64,000 nt of DNA. It comes from Octopus vulgaris. Taxonomy: Eukaryota. Both the position numbers and the translations under genes were made by a program. Positions 1 to 13,958 of the stretch are shown piece after piece (position 1 is the stretch's first letter; every line of letters starts with the position of its first letter). The stretch spans positions 81,902,001 through 81,966,000 of the forward strand of contig OX597815.1 in assembly GCA_951406725.2 (NCBI GenBank), in the 5' to 3' direction. The notes beneath the pieces are model-generated. The model did not search any database. It was not told where the DNA came from and worked only from the letters and a program-made list of their open reading frames with translations.

Positions 1-41
<41 letters not shown>

Positions 42-44
<3 letters not shown>

Positions 45-195
45 GCTGAAATTTATAGAAAAGCAAAAGACGAAGGCAGATGTATGAGCAACAAGCAGCT
101 GTATTAGTTTAACACCCGGGAAAGTGAGAAAGTATTTTACGTCTCGAGCCTACGCTCTTCAACAGAAAGGAATGAGAGAAAATATGCAGAGAGAA
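42..195 (-). mobile_element. Penelope-like terminal (pLTR-type) fragment, family P1
   Basis: Same sequence recurs at ~20430-20585, 33255-33440 and 33478-33640; lies between microsatellites; contains an HHR-like motif. Confidence 0.6.
134..169 (-). ncRNA. Minimal hammerhead-like motif, A6U core variant (degenerate)
   Basis: Minus strand CTTT-CTGTTGA-A-GAGC-GTAG-GCTC-GAGAC-GTA-AAAT; GAAA is mutated to GAGA. Confidence 0.5.
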
Positions 196-226
196 TATAT
201 ATATAAATATATATATGTGTGTGTGT

Positions 227-270
<44 letters not shown>

Positions 271-279
271 ATGATTGTG

Positions 280-520
280 TGTCCTTGTGTCTGCATTGGT
301 TCCTTGACAACCGGTGTTGAATTGTTTACGTACTCGTAACCTAGCAATTCAACAAAAGAGACTGATGAATTGAATAGCAAAGCCAGGAGGCATACCTACG
401 TGGTCGAGAAGTTCGCATTATAATTGGTGCATCCAAACGTAAATAAATATTGGGGTCGATTCATTTGGCTATAACTCTTCAAAGCGGTACCCCAGCTTGG
501 CCACAGTCCAATGACAAACA
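280..520 (+). mobile_element. SINE family B, 3' part
   Basis: TTGACAACCGGTGTTG...TGGGGTCGATT...CCCAGCTTGGCCACAGTCCAATGAC matches the other family B copies in the window. Confidence 0.75.
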
Positions 521-521
521 A

Positions 522-573
<52 letters not shown>

Positions 574-875
574 CAGTATGTCATTATTGCATAAACTGAT
601 CATTGCATGTTATGATAGATCTACGATGTTCGAATGGGTATGGCCTCGATAATCGGGAGGTAACTCAAAAGTCCTTACATCGTTTAGCTCTAAAACCCAG
701 TTTTTCTTTTCTCTTCTGAATGACATTATCAGTTCACGAGTACGTAAATCATGTTCTTGGGACGAAAGAGGTCGGTCACTACCTCTTATCAGATATTGTA
801 GTGTACTTCGGTGCACTATGCAATATAACCGACTACTCATGTAACCGACTACTTAAGTTCTGTTGAAAAAAGACT

Positions 876-876
<1 letters not shown>

Positions 877-966
<90 letters not shown>

Positions 967-1100
967 GTATATATATATATGTATATATATATGTATATAT
1001 ATATATGTATATATATATGTATATATATATATGTATATATTTATATATATATATATAGGTATACATATATATGTATATATATATATGTAAGTATATATAC

Positions 1101-1151
<51 letters not shown>

Positions 1152-1180
1152 GTGTGTGTGTGTGTGTGTGTGTTGTGTGT
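877..1180. repeat. (TA)n/(TG)n compound microsatellite, representative of dozens in the window
   Basis: Directly visible. Confidence 0.97.
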
Positions 1181-1503
1181 ACATATCGTATATGTGTGTG
1201 TATAGAATGAAAAAAAAAAAAGAGAATAGTCATCTATACACATACGCATTCTTTCAGACTTGCAAACACTCAGGCGGACGTATGAACACAAACATAAATA
1301 TACGCATTCCCAGAAACGGATTTAAATATAAACACATCTGGATCTGGGCGTCTGTTCTAACTGAATAAGTAAACTACACACACACACACAAACACAAACA
1401 CACACACATCTTTATCATTGACATATACACCCTCATACGCACAGACGTGTGTTCGTGCGCATGTGAGCAAGTGCGTATGTCTGTATGCTCATATTCATGT
1501 ACG

Positions 1504-1535
<32 letters not shown>

Positions 1536-1726
1536 TGTATGTATATATATATATACACATATATACATATATAGATATGTATGTAAGCATGTATGTGGGC
1601 GTGTATATGTGTGCGTGTGTGTATAAATAAATGCACAAACACACATACAAACACACACTTATATGTACGTGAGTACCCACAAATGCATATCGTATTATTG
1701 CGTATATACATGCATATCTATACATA

Positions 1727-1829
1727 CACATATATACATACATATATAAATAACTGTGTTATTGTGTGTGTGTATGTATAGATATGTATGTATATACGCA
1801 TTAATCCGATATGCACATCTATCTTATTA

Positions 1830-1862
<33 letters not shown>

Positions 1863-1952
1863 CATACATACATATATAAATAACTGTGTTATTGTGTGTG
1901 TGTATGTATAGATATGTATATACGCATTAATCCGATATGCACATATATCCTA

Positions 1953-1960
<8 letters not shown>
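1727..1960. repeat. Local tandem duplication of a ~125-130 bp AT-rich unit
   Basis: AAATAACTGTGTTATTGTGTG...ATACGCATTAATCCGATATGCACAT occurs twice, near 1748 and 1878. Confidence 0.85.
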
Positions 1961-2036
<76 letters not shown>

Positions 2037-2066
2037 TATTTATTATTATTTATATATAAATATGTA

Positions 2067-2115
<49 letters not shown>

Positions 2116-2121
2116 ATTATT

Positions 2122-2214
<93 letters not shown>

Positions 2215-3087
2215 ATGCATGTATGTATGTCTGTATGTGTATATGTATATATCAACATTCATATAAGTAAACAAATATTAACCTCCGATATTTTAACGTA
2301 GTTTAACAATGGTAATTTAAAAAACACAACCCACCTTCCAAACATGAAGATAAACAAGGAGAAAAAAAAGAAGAAAAAAACTATTAATAAACATGTAAAT
2401 AAATATACCACTAACTGAACTGCCCGTAATTGAATCTCATAGTTATAATGTTATATTTCTGTTAGGCTTTTTTTTTTTAATGTTCAACCATATAAACGAT
2501 TATAAGCAACATCAGCATTAACATCAGCAACGATATCTGTGAGGTCACCACCACCACCACCGCCAGCAACAACAACAACAATAACGACAACAACACGAAT
2601 ATTAGGAACAACAGCTGTAACACTAAAACCACAAAAACATTCAAGCTCAATGGTTATAGCATCGTATTTTTAAACTTAACGAAAAATATTTAATTTCATG
2701 CTTGAACAAAATTTAAAGTTTATTTCAGGTCAAAATCAAAATCTAGCGAAGAATTTATTCGACTCCAAACCTAGAGTCTAAAAGATCTCAAGTTTAATTT
2801 CAAAATACGATTTAAATTGCCTCAAAATAAATAGCAGCAGCAGCAACAACAACAATAACAACAGTAACAGCAGAAGCACGCACACACACACTTGCACCCC
2901 CTCCCCTCCAACAAACGTACACATTCATACGCTAAACCGATGATACACGCTCACGCGTGAATCTGGTTCGTAAACATAACCAAGGCAAAAATTTATATAT
3001 GATTCAGCTGTTCGCATCGCTGAACTCTAGTTCTCTCATACCCTTAGCTATGGAGGAAGATGGTTTCCTGCTGGTCAGCACACACAT

Positions 3088-3145
<58 letters not shown>

Positions 3146-3789
3146 AAGAGGGAGAGAGAGTTAAAATTTAATTCTGTTGCAATTTTTATAATTTCACATC
3201 CTTTTCCTTGAAAAATCTTCAGACAGGGGGTGCTGGTGAAACAAATACCTCTGTTAGTCGGTGTATATCAGTATGGTTTGTCGTTTTATTGACTTTCGAT
3301 TTGTCATCCGTGAGAAATAGTCGTTTAAAGATTTCCGGCTTTTCAGATGTTTATGTTTAATGTGGCTCGTTAGCTTTGTGAAGGTTAGGAAGTTAGACCT
3401 TATTTTCGTGACAACACTTATCTGCTCGGATAACGAGATATTCGATACAGCTGCAAGTGACTGACGATTAACATTGGAAAGTAGTGCATTTACGTAAAAA
3501 AACAAAATTAAGTTTACACCCGAAACTGCATCACTTTTGGTCAGCGAAGCCCCAAACTACAAGATCCTTAATTGTTATGCAATCTGGTTCGATCTTCTAA
3601 ATACCTTCAATATGAAATTCAATATTATTAATGAAATTTATACACCTGTTCCAGAATCATTTCTCTAGAGAGCACAAGTATCCTAAATTATTTAAGTAGC
3701 AAAATGTAAAAATTAGCTAGAATTTCTTGTCGCGACTAGATCAGAAATAGAGAAGTCATGTAAAGGGCTGGCCTATTTAAGCTACGAGA

Positions 3790-3935
3790 TACCCTTATTA
3801 TGAAACGGCAAAAGATTCTCGGCCATGTGCTGCACAGGTTCATGAAGAGACCCGTAAGAACCTCTCTCGAGTGGAAGCCAGAAAAGGTGTGTAGGAAGCG
3901 AGGCAGACCTGGTTGAAGACTGGTGTATGTTGGCT
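3790..3935 (+). mobile_element. RTE-clade LINE C-terminal relic
   Basis: Translates MKRQKILGHVLHR...SLEWKPEKVCRKRGRP, resembling the RTE WxGHVxR...W.P.G.RxRGRP tail. Confidence 0.6.
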
Positions 3936-4019
3936 TGTGAACAAAGATATTCTAGCCACAACCATATGGTTTTTATTTTGGTGAGGGGAGGAGCATAGAA
4001 TCTAGGATTCCTCTAATTA

Positions 4020-4235
4020 CTAAATTTCTGTTGAAATACACCACCTTTCCTTAAATTAATTATGGAAATAATGAAGGGTTTAGTAAAATAACTCTGTCAT
4101 TATTAGGCTGGTGTTTGAAACACATTAATATGAAATTTCGATGGTCGGTTTATTGCAGATCATTAAAAAACCCCAGAAGGTTTATATTTTAGAACCAAAA
4201 GAGGGCTGTGGCAGGTTGGTATCAAAAGAGTTAAA
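4020..4235 (+). mobile_element. piggyBac-type MITE relic (second copy at ~12466-12696)
   Basis: Shared ~210 bp body (TAGTAAAATAAC...GCTGGTGTTTG...GTTGGTATCAAAAG) ending in TTAA. Confidence 0.55.
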
Positions 4236-4862
4236 ATGTGCTTTTCCTTTTATGAAACGACGAAATATAATTTTTTAAAGGAAATTTAACTGCTGCTTCT
4301 AGCAGGCTGATAGATTATGCGGAGCAACCTCTCCTTCTTCTCTCGCCATATCGTTAGTGATGTTGGTGTTGAGTTTTGTGTGGTGTTTGAGGGAAAGCCA
4401 AGGCCAACTCACTATCCTATTTATCACCAAGGTAAACATCCTTCAGCTGTACAGAATAGCTGCAACACAAATTTTCTACTGTTCTACTTGTGTGCACCCT
4501 AACGAAACCGGATGTTATAGTCAGTGCACCATGAAGATAAGCTTCAAAGTTGAAACACGCATCCATCTCTAGTCGTAGTCGTAGTAGTAGTAGTAGTAGT
4601 AGTAATAGTAGTAATTGTTGTTACTGTGTTCTTCTTGTCAGAGTTGTAAGCAGTTGTTTACATAGTTATTAGGGAATAGTAGAACTAGTTACTGTTGTAG
4701 TTGTTATTGGTAGTGTTGTTGCTGTCGTTGTTGTTTTGGGAGTGTGTAGTATAATGAATGCGACTGTTGCTGTTGTTTTTAAAGAAATACTACGATGTAG
4801 GTGTTATGTTTTCAATTCAGCTTCTTGCAGCAGTGGCAGCAGTAGCAGTAGTAGTAGTAGTT

Positions 4863-4935
<73 letters not shown>

Positions 4936-4954
4936 CAGTTGTTGTTGTTGTTGC

Positions 4955-5165
4955 TGTTGTCTAGCCCTGGGCCAATCCTGATAAAGCAGATCTATGACTG
5001 TCAGACATTTCGACCCTGCCAATCCCTCAGAATTATCAAAAGAGAATATCTACAACTACTGTACCCAATCTACCCTCATCGTTTTTGCTTTCTCCTAAAC
5101 TATAAGTATATGATATGAGGCGAGACGTGCCTGGTATTTCTAGCACTTCGGGCGACCACAAAGGG
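4955..5165 (-). mobile_element. SINE-like repeat family D with (CAA)n tail; related copies near 6810, 9720, 10490, 12165, 34690, 46620, 60355 and 61920
   Basis: Recurrent motifs (C)TAGAAATAGCAGCCAAATCT...GATGGTCATGGCTGGAAT...CTGGGGCTAAACAACAAC with variants. Confidence 0.55.
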
Positions 5166-5344
5166 GTCTGGGAATAGAAGAGCGTCGATTAAAAATCCAT
5201 GCCATTGTTAGTTATGTTCCTTTACACTATGAGTTCAAATCCTGCCAAGATCAACTCTGCTTTTCATTCTTTTGTGTTCGATAGTATCGACCAAACTTTT
5301 GTTTTCAAAATAGCTGACCTTGCGTTTAAATTTGAAGCCATTAT

Positions 5345-6005
5345 TTCGAACTCGTAAAGGCGGTGAGCTGGCAGAATCGTTAGGGAGTTTGGAAAATGCT
5401 TTGCAGTATTTCTTCCCAACACTTTACCTTCAGAGTTCCGATATCACCTTTGTCTCTCATCCTTACAGGGTCAACAAGAAACACAACCAGTTAAATACTG
5501 GGTTGGTGTAATCGTATAGTCTCTACTCCTCAAAATGCTGACCATGAATCTAAATCAGTTTCAATTTTTGGCACAAGTCCAGCAATTTCAAAGGAATGGG
5601 CAAGTCGATTACATCAACGTCACTGTTCAACTGATACTTTATCCTGTTGCGAAAGGATGAAAGGCAAAATCAATGCCAACCTTGGTGGAACTTGAACTCA
5701 GAATATAAAAACTGACAAAATACTGTTAAGCATATTAATCGATCTGCTAACTATTCTGCCAGCTCACTGCCTTTGCTATGTATCTAAATTAGTTTCACAT
5801 TTTGGCACAATGCCAGCACTGTCGAGGGAGGACGGTAAGGCGATTAGATCGACCCTAGTACTCAACAGGTACTTATTTTATCGACCCCGAAAGGATGAAA
5901 GGCAAAGTCGACCTCGGCGGAATTTGAATTTAGAACGTAAGGACGAACGAAATACTGCTAAGCATTTTGCTCGGCGTGCTAACGATTCTGCCAGCTCGCC
6001 GTCTT
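5345..6005. mobile_element. Cluster of tRNA-derived SINE family A copies (+,-,-)
   Basis: Head GGCGAGCTGGCAGAATCGTTAG (A box) and GAGTTCAAATTCC (B box), core GCCTTTCATCCTTTCGGGGTCGATAAA. Confidence 0.85.
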
Positions 6006-6239
6006 TTCCACGTATCTAAATTAGAAACACTTCAAGTTGGTGAGATGGCAGAATCGTTAGAGCGGTAATTAAGCTCTTTTTTTTTTTTAGTTCTAACCCC
6101 GCTGAAGTCAACTTTTATATCTAAAGTACCAACCAAGCATCACTAGAGTCCATATTATCGACTGTTGCTTTCCCATCAAATCTGAGGTTTTATACCTACA
6201 CAAGAAATCAATATTTTAAAGGGCGGTAGCTTTTATATT

Positions 6240-6615
6240 TTACTTGTTTCAGTTATTGGATTACGGCCATTCTGGGGTATCGCTTTGATAGTCTTAGTCA
6301 AACAAATCGACTTTTTTAAAGTCTGGTACTTACTCTATTGGCTCTTTTGCCGAACCACTGTCACAGATACGTAAACAGACCAACACTGGTTGTCAAATGG
6401 TGTATGTGCGTGTGTATGTGTAAGAACAAACACAAAAACAAAGTGGTACACGCCCATGTATATACCTTTATAAAACAAGCATCACACGTTTTGTGATAAG
6501 CTTTTGGTAGGTCTGAAGCTCTCGTAGAAGACACTTGCTCCAAGGTGCCGCGCAGTGAACTGAACGCGAAACCACGTAGTTCTCAAGGGAGTTTCTTAAC
6601 CTCACAGCCAAGCTT
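6240..6615 (-). mobile_element. SINE family B
   Basis: Reverse complement of the GGCTGTGTGGTAAG...CACCTTGGGCAAGTGTCTT...TGACTGAAACAAGTAA family consensus seen elsewhere in the window. Confidence 0.8.
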
Positions 6616-7295
6616 GCTGTATGTTGGCAGAATTGTCATTTATTTAGGACTCTTTATGTTCTGAGTTTAAATCTCACTGAATTTTAGTTTATCTACAGTA
6701 CCCCACCCTGACACAACTTCTTAAATTAGAAATCGTTATTTTAATCATTGGAGTATTACATCTCCAGTCATAGTTTTCACTGGATACAAAGGAACGTCTA
6801 TGTTTTTTGGCATTGTTGTTGCTGTTTAACACCAGGTCCAAACTCTGGAACAGACATATGATCAAATACATTTCAACTTCCCTTTAGACATAGAGCATCA
6901 AGTGGCGAATCATACGTTCAATACACACTTTTTGGTTTTGAAAAAGTGTGGTTTGATAGAAAGTAAGTTACTATTTGATACAGACTGCGTATGTGTAGAG
7001 AGCAGGCCGCATGAGACACAGGTAATCATCAGGCGGGTTGCGCTACTAAAAATATTCAGGGTAATTTTTCTTTAGGCATACTGTTTATAAAGTTCTATCA
7101 GTCACAGTTTGCACATTATTGGTAAAGAGATTTTTTATAGAGGTCATGTCATTAGTTTGTAATTAGTGTCCCAACTTTTCATAGTTAATATACCATAAAA
7201 GAAAAAGTGCCTACGAATCTTTCACGAAAAGGATCCCTCATTCATTGGTACAAGTTGTATTGGTGCCTGATACAGGAACATAGTAATGGTATTAT

Positions 7296-7850
7296 TAGCA
7301 TGCTTAGCAGTATTTCGCCCGTTGCTACGTTCTGAGTTCAAATTCTGCCAAGTTCGACTTTGCCTTTCATCCTTTCAGGGTCAGTGAAATATTGGGGTCG
7401 ATGTAGTCGACTCATCTCCTCCCACCAAATTTCAGGCCTTGTGCCTACATTGGCAAGGCAGAATCGTTTGCACGTCGGGTAAAATGCTTACCGGCATTTC
7501 GTCCGTTTTACGTTCTGAGTTCAGATTCTGCCGAGGTCGGCTTTGTCCTTCATTCTTTCGGGGACATGATAAAAGTATTTGTTGAATACTGGGGTCGATG
7601 TAATCGACTAACCCATTTCCCCTAAAATTTCAGACCTTGTGCCTTTAAGTAGTAAGGTACATTAGTAGCCTACGCACGGACAAAATGCCACGAAGCGTTC
7701 TCTGTTTAAATTCTGCCGATGTCGACTTTGCTTTTCATCCATTCGGAGTCGATGAATCAAGTACCAGCTGAACACTGGGGTCGATGTAGTCGACTCATTA
7801 CTCCACTAATTTTGCTGCCTTTGTGCCAAAATCTGAAACCATTATTAGAA
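7296..7850 (+). mobile_element. Three tandem SINE family A copies
   Basis: GTTCAAATTCTGCCGAGGTCGACTTTGCCTTTCATCC core (with variants) repeated three times. Confidence 0.85.
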
Positions 7851-9069
7851 GTTTTGCTAATTTGTAATCATTTTTGCTGTAGTGGTTGATAACGAGCGAT
7901 GTTCATGTTCTCGTTGATGTTGCATTTGATAAAGATATTTACTCACATGTTTGTTATAGCTGTTATTGTTGTAAGAACATAGTCGTTACTGTTACTACTA
8001 TGGCTGCTGCTGTTGCTGCTCATGATGATGATGACAGTTATGTGTGATGTGATGGTGATCGTTTGGACATATCTGATGACTCGAATGATCGATGATCACC
8101 AACAGTAAGGTCAATATCTCTTCATCTGATTGCCACGCCACCACCACCACCACTAATACTACCACTACCACTACCACACCATATTCACCCTCACCACCAC
8201 TAATACTACCACTGCCACTCCATATCCACCCTCAATATCACCAGCTCAATCAATTATTTCGTCAACATTACCATCGTCACCACTATCAATATTTTCTATC
8301 TGTAATACTACAAACCACAATTTTATTAATTAAAAGTTCACAAAGTCAGCATCTCCTTCCTATCTCACCGTTCTAGTCCTCCGTCCGTTGTCACGTTTCC
8401 ACGCCCAGAAACCAAGGGTAATGCCACCAATATCATTATCAACTGCATCCGATTTTTAAGGGGTTTTTTTAAATGTTGTTTCTCTCTTTTGCCTGCTTCG
8501 TGCTTGTATTTATTTTATTTTATTTTATTTCATCAAGCAAATATAGACAGCAAGCTGGCTATGCTTGCTTGATAAAACTAATTAGTATCTGGCGTTACCC
8601 TAGCCCAGATGCTCGCCTCATCTACCCAGGTGCATAGATTACACACCCGTAATTAAACAGGCACACCACTTAATTTGTTTATTGCAAATTTAGAAAATTC
8701 GTGCAAAATATTTATGAACTCTCCTCTCCTCTCCCGCTCTCTCTTTCTCTCACACACACACGAATAAGAAATTGTTTTTCGTGATCCTAAAAGAGATGCT
8801 GTTTCTATACTAGTGACCCAAGGCCGCATTAACAGGCTCGAATCCTAGTTGAGTAATTTAACAGCATTTGCTCCTCCCAGGCGATATTTTGGCACCCATG
8901 ACAAGACAAATTTATTCTGCTATGATCGAGGTGTGTGCGTTTATGCATCAAGTGCCTATAGGAGAGGACCTCTCAGGGCTAATAACGCATTATTCGGTGC
9001 TCTAACAAGGCTTCCATGTTAAGTTGGATATAAAGACTATATTTTGGCATTAATACTACATCTGGTGTA

Positions 9070-9652
9070 GGGTGGCGAGCTGGCAGAAACGTTAGCACGC
9101 CGGGCGAAATGGTTAGCGGTATTTCGTCTGCCGCTACGTTCTGATTTCAAATTCCGCCGAGGTCGACTTTGCATTTCATCTTTTCGGGGTCGATAAATTA
9201 AGTACCAGTTACGCACTGGGGGCGATATAATCGACTTAATCCGTTTGTCTCTCCTTGTTTGTCCTCTCTGTGTTTAGCCCCTTGTGGGTAGTAAAGAAAT
9301 AGGTATCTCGTATGCCGCTACGTTCTGGGTTCAAATTCTGCCGAGGTCGACTTTGCCTTTCATCCTTTCGGGATCGATAAATTAAATACCAGTTACGCAC
9401 TGGCGTCGGTATAATCGACTTAATCCGTTTGTCTGTCCTTGTTTGTCCTCTTTGTGTTTAGCCCCTTGAGGGTAGTAAAAGAAATAGGTATTTCGTCTGT
9501 CTTTATGTTCTGAGTTCAAATTCAGTCGAGGTCGACTTTGCCTTCCATCCTTTCGGAGTCGATAAATTAAGTACCAGTTGCGTACTTGGATCGATCTAAT
9601 CGACTGCCCCCTCCCAAATTTCGGGCCTTGTGCCTATAGTAGAAAAGAATAT
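9070..9652 (+). mobile_element. Trimeric SINE family A with imperfect ~18 bp target-site duplication (TSD)
   Basis: Full head plus three cores; flanks AATACTACATCTGGTGTA (9052-9069) and AATATTGCATCTGTTGCTA (9648-9666). Confidence 0.88.
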
Positions 9653-10021
9653 TGCATCTGTTGCTAACAATTAATATAAAATAGGCATAAGAAATACATT
9701 AAAGTACAGAATTCAACGTTTGCACAGGCCTCCCCGTCTTACGAACGAGATATATAGCTACATAGACTTTGGCACATATCAGTGCAAAGGGCGAAGTCAC
9801 TAAACTGGTCGAAACTGCAGCCATATTTCCCTCACTCCAAAATCTACTGACCTAGAAAAGTTTACATTGGATAATGAAATCCTACGATATCTACCGATAC
9901 GAAAAGACGAATTGATTATGGTTGGAATGCTTTGTTCATAGCTCGAGAGAGCCCGACCTAGACTCAGAGACAAGATTCTTGGAAAGATCTGAATGGTTAT
10001 TTTTTGTCATTTGCTTTAATG

Positions 10022-10470
10022 GAGTGTAGCGTACTGTAAGTATATAGTAGAACCGTAACCTAGACGTGTAACCTAGAAGTGTTGTATAGAAGAGTAATCA
10101 AGAGGGGTAGTGCAGAAGTGCACTGTAGAAGTGCAATGTAAAGTAAGCTGGATGGTAACATAGAAGGAAAGTGCAGAAGAGTAACGTAGAGTAACGTAGA
10201 AGTGTAGTGTAGAAGTGATGTATAGAAAAGTAATTTAGAAGTACAGTGCAGAAGTGTAGTGAAGAAGTGTAAGTGTACTGTATGTATAGTGTAGAAGTGT
10301 AGCCTAGACGTGTCGTGTAGACGTGTAACCTAGAAGTGTTCTATAGAAGAGTAACTAAAATGTATAGTGACGAAATGTATTGCACAAGTGTAGTCTAGAA
10401 GTGTAGAGTAGAATAGTAACCTAGAATTGTAATGTAGAAGTGTAACAGAGAAGTGTGGTTTAGAAGTGCA
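10022..10470. repeat. Degenerate ~13-bp minisatellite (GTGTAGTGTAGAA-like)
   Basis: Periodic TAGAAGTGTA/GTAACCTAGAA units. Confidence 0.8.
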
Positions 10471-11065
10471 GTCTTGTAGCAATGTTGGTATTCGTTTTTC
10501 TATATTATCCTTGATTGAGTAAATCTGTAATTAAAGATATTCCAGTAGTCACTATCTACCTTTAATGATCAATTTAGAATTACATTCTTCAAGGTGTCCT
10601 TCGTTTCTTATTTTTTAGATGGTATGGTGTGGTTTTAATGGTGACTAACCTGCTATTTCAAGTTGGTTGGGCGACCACTCAGAGACTGCCTTGTTGACTT
10701 TGGAATGTAGAAGTGTTGTTTAGTTGTGTAGCAGAGCACTGTAACAGAACAGTGAAGTGCTGTGAAAGTGTAGTGGTGTAAGGTTTTGTAGAAGCGTAAG
10801 GGTGTGAAAGCATAATGTGATGCCATAAGAAAAAAGACTATCAGCCGTCTTTTGCGGGAAAGTATGGCTTATTAGCATGTACCAATATTTGTTGCACTCA
10901 GCGTTCTTTTTTATTCTTCCGAAGTCGACATAAAAGAATCTAGTAGTTAAATACTTACTAACGTTGATCTAATCGAATAGCCTTCTTTCAGAACTGCTGG
11001 CCTTAGAAATTATGAGAAGAGGTGGCAGAATTGTTAGCAGGCTGGAACAAATGTTTAGCAGCATT

Positions 11066-11410
11066 TGAGTAACCCCTCAGCAGCCAATATAGCTCACAAT
11101 ACCATTGAGCAAACAGCTTTGGAGCGAACAAAATGGAGACCGTCGTGTCAGAATGGTATCAGAGGCTTTGTTTCAACCAGCATTAACAAGCTTAGGCGTG
11201 CAAGGAAAAGGAGAAAAGCAGCTGCAAAGCAAAGGAGAAAAGCGGCTGCAAATATACGGTCAGTACTGACCCGCAATCCTCATATTTGCAACATCTGCAG
11301 GCTTCTCTGCAAATCGTAGGTGGGTCTCAAATGTCACATTCGACATTATGACTGAAAAAGAAGGTGTAGGTTGTCGGATCCTCATACGTCGAAACCAACG
11401 ACAGCGTCCA
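11066..11410 (+). mobile_element. RTE-clade LINE 3' end with C-terminal CCHH zinc finger
   Basis: ALERTKWR...RKRRKAAA...HICNICRLLCKS*VGLKCHIRH followed by a short 3' UTR. Confidence 0.75.
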
Positions 11411-12877
11411 TCATATATACATATGTGTGTGTGTGTGTGTGTTTTACCATTTACTTGTTTCAATAATTTGATATGGTTGGCTGCCAACCACTCATAAGGT
11501 ATTGAGTAATCTGAGGATACTGAAAAAGGCACTCGCCCAATGTGCTACGGAATGGTAACGAACAGCAGTATGATAAATCGGTAGCATTCAACCCGAAGTT
11601 CTATCGACCCTACCAAATGCAACATTTTAAGCTATAAAAATATTGGTTTCTAACACAGACACTCGACCGCACGTTTGCTCATTTTTGGAGAGTGGATATG
11701 ATAGATTAGATGCACTTAGATGCTACTTATTTTATCGAACCTGGAATTATGAAAGATATAGAGTATCTTGGTTAGATTTGAACTCAGTATGTAAAGACAC
11801 AGGTAAATACCACAAGGTATTTCGTCCCTTGATCTTCCAATTTTGGCAATCTTAAATATTGAAAGAAATAAACTGATGTATAAATAGAAGCAGAAACATG
11901 AACGTATTTCTTTCAGTGAGCTGTGTTTGACAATATGGTAGATCTCTGTACGAATGAAATTGCGTAACCTCCGTTTGACAATGGTTTTAATATAATCCTT
12001 TATAGAAAGACATGTGTGACAGCAACAACAATAACAACAGCAACAACGATATCAACGACAACAGCAATAACAGCAGTGGCAAACAACCAAATGCCAACAA
12101 TATGCCAACTGCGGTATGAGCAGCGAGTACAGAGTATTAACAAAAGTATAGCAACAGCAGAGCCAACGAGGAAACCTCTACGGGTTTGCTCAACCTGGTA
12201 GAAGCAGCAGTCAAATCTCACTCGGTTCACACCTTAGTGCCTTAAGAAAGAACACGTTAGATAACGTCATCTTGATTCCTCTGCGCACGGGAAGGGACGA
12301 GTTGGTCATTGCTGGAATACCTTGGGTGATCGGTCTATTTAATTAGAGTTGACCGTGGGCTAAACATCAATAGTAACAACAAAAAGGCACTAAAATATAT
12401 GACGAGAATAGGAAAGGAAGGCGAATAGTGAACTAAATCTATATCAATATTTGTATGTCTGGTACTTAGCCCCTTTTTTTTGTATATTTCTGCCGAAATA
12501 AATTGACTTTGTTTCAATTAATTTTTAAAAATAATCAAGAATTTACTAAAATCACATTGCCATGAACAGGCTGGTGTTTGGAATATAAATTCACATGAAA
12601 TTTTGATGGAAACTTCATTTAAGTTCCTTTAAAATAAAAAGTTTGTATCGTGAAACCATAAGCAGTCTCAAGCGAGTTGGCATCAAAAGAATTTAACGCA
12701 AAACAGTTGGTTAATCTCTCTTCAATGAAATGACGAAGAGGAAATGATTGCGAATTTGAAACTCAGAATATAGAAAGATGAGAGAAAAAAAAAACATACT
12801 GTAGCATTATGTCTGTCCTCTTTATTAAATTACCATCGTACATGACTGGTATTTCAATCATAATATTACTCTTATAT

Positions 12878-13230
12878 TGGTTTCGCATTTTGGTACAACG
12901 GCAGCAATTTCAGGGGACGGGTTAAGTCGATTACATCGACCCCAGTGTCCAACTGGTATTTATTGTATTGACCCCCGAATAGAGAAAGGCAAATTCGACT
13001 TTGGCTGAATTTGAACTCAGAACCTTTTTTGCCTAGCGTGCTGATGATTCTACCAGCTCGCTGACTTAATTATATTATAATACTTATTTTAAATTACACC
13101 GAGGTCGACTTTGCCTTCCATCTTTTCGGGGTCGATAAAATAAGTACCAGTTGCGCACTATGGTCGATGTAATCGACTTTCCTCCTTCCCTGAACTTTCT
13201 GGCCTTGTGCTCAATTTGAAACCAAAAAAG
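12878..13230. mobile_element. Opposed pair of SINE family A copies (-,+)
   Basis: Family A core on the minus strand at 12878-13065 and on the plus strand at 13095-13230. Confidence 0.8.
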
Positions 13231-13552
13231 GGTAAAGAGTGAAGACCTCCTTCGGTCATGAATGACCATGGCATTGTACCTAGTAAGTTCCTCTCCGAGG
13301 CACAAGTCCGGGTACGGTTGTTTTTGTGGAAGGCCATCAGCCTCCCCTTTTCACGCCACCAATATTATTCAAAGGGAAGGCAAAGGCCGATACAACTTGG
13401 CTCCAGTGACGTCGCAACTCATTTCTACAGCTGAGTGAACTGGAGTAGCGTAAAATAAAGTGTCTTGCTCGAGAATATAGCACAGTCCGATCTTGGAATC
13501 GAACTCATAACTTCATGATTGTGAATCCGACGCTCTAACCACTGAGCCATAC
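13230..13552 (-). mobile_element. tRNA-derived SINE family C
   Basis: Minus-strand head ATGGCTCAGTGGTTAGAGCGTCGG...GAGTTCGATTCC; body matches 29194-29490. Confidence 0.8.
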
Positions 13553-13958
13553 TGTTATATTAATATGTATTTCTGACATGAACACAAAGCTATGGGGTTT
13601 TGTAAGTATGAGGAATAGTGGAGTACTCTGATCACTTAACATTGAGTGGTCATTATTTTATCTACCCTTAAAGAACAGAAGACAAAATCAAGAGATTAGA
13701 ATATCAAAGAAATACCACAGTTCTTAGCAGTAATAATAATATTGTGAGTTCCAATGCTGCCGGAATCGACTTTGCCTTTTATGTTTTCGGCATCGATAAA
13801 ATACGACTAGCCAACTGCCCCAAAATTTCAGGCCTTATGCCTATAGTAGAAAGGATTATTGTTATTTATTTAATTGCTACAAAGGACTAAACTGTGTGTT
13901 GTGTTCTTGTGCAAGACACTTTATTTCACGTTGATCCAGTTCACTCAGGTGAAATAGT

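Noticed and set aside
9070-9160. tRNA genes at SINE heads
   Set aside because: A and B boxes are present but there is no complete cloverleaf, and they always run into the SINE core.
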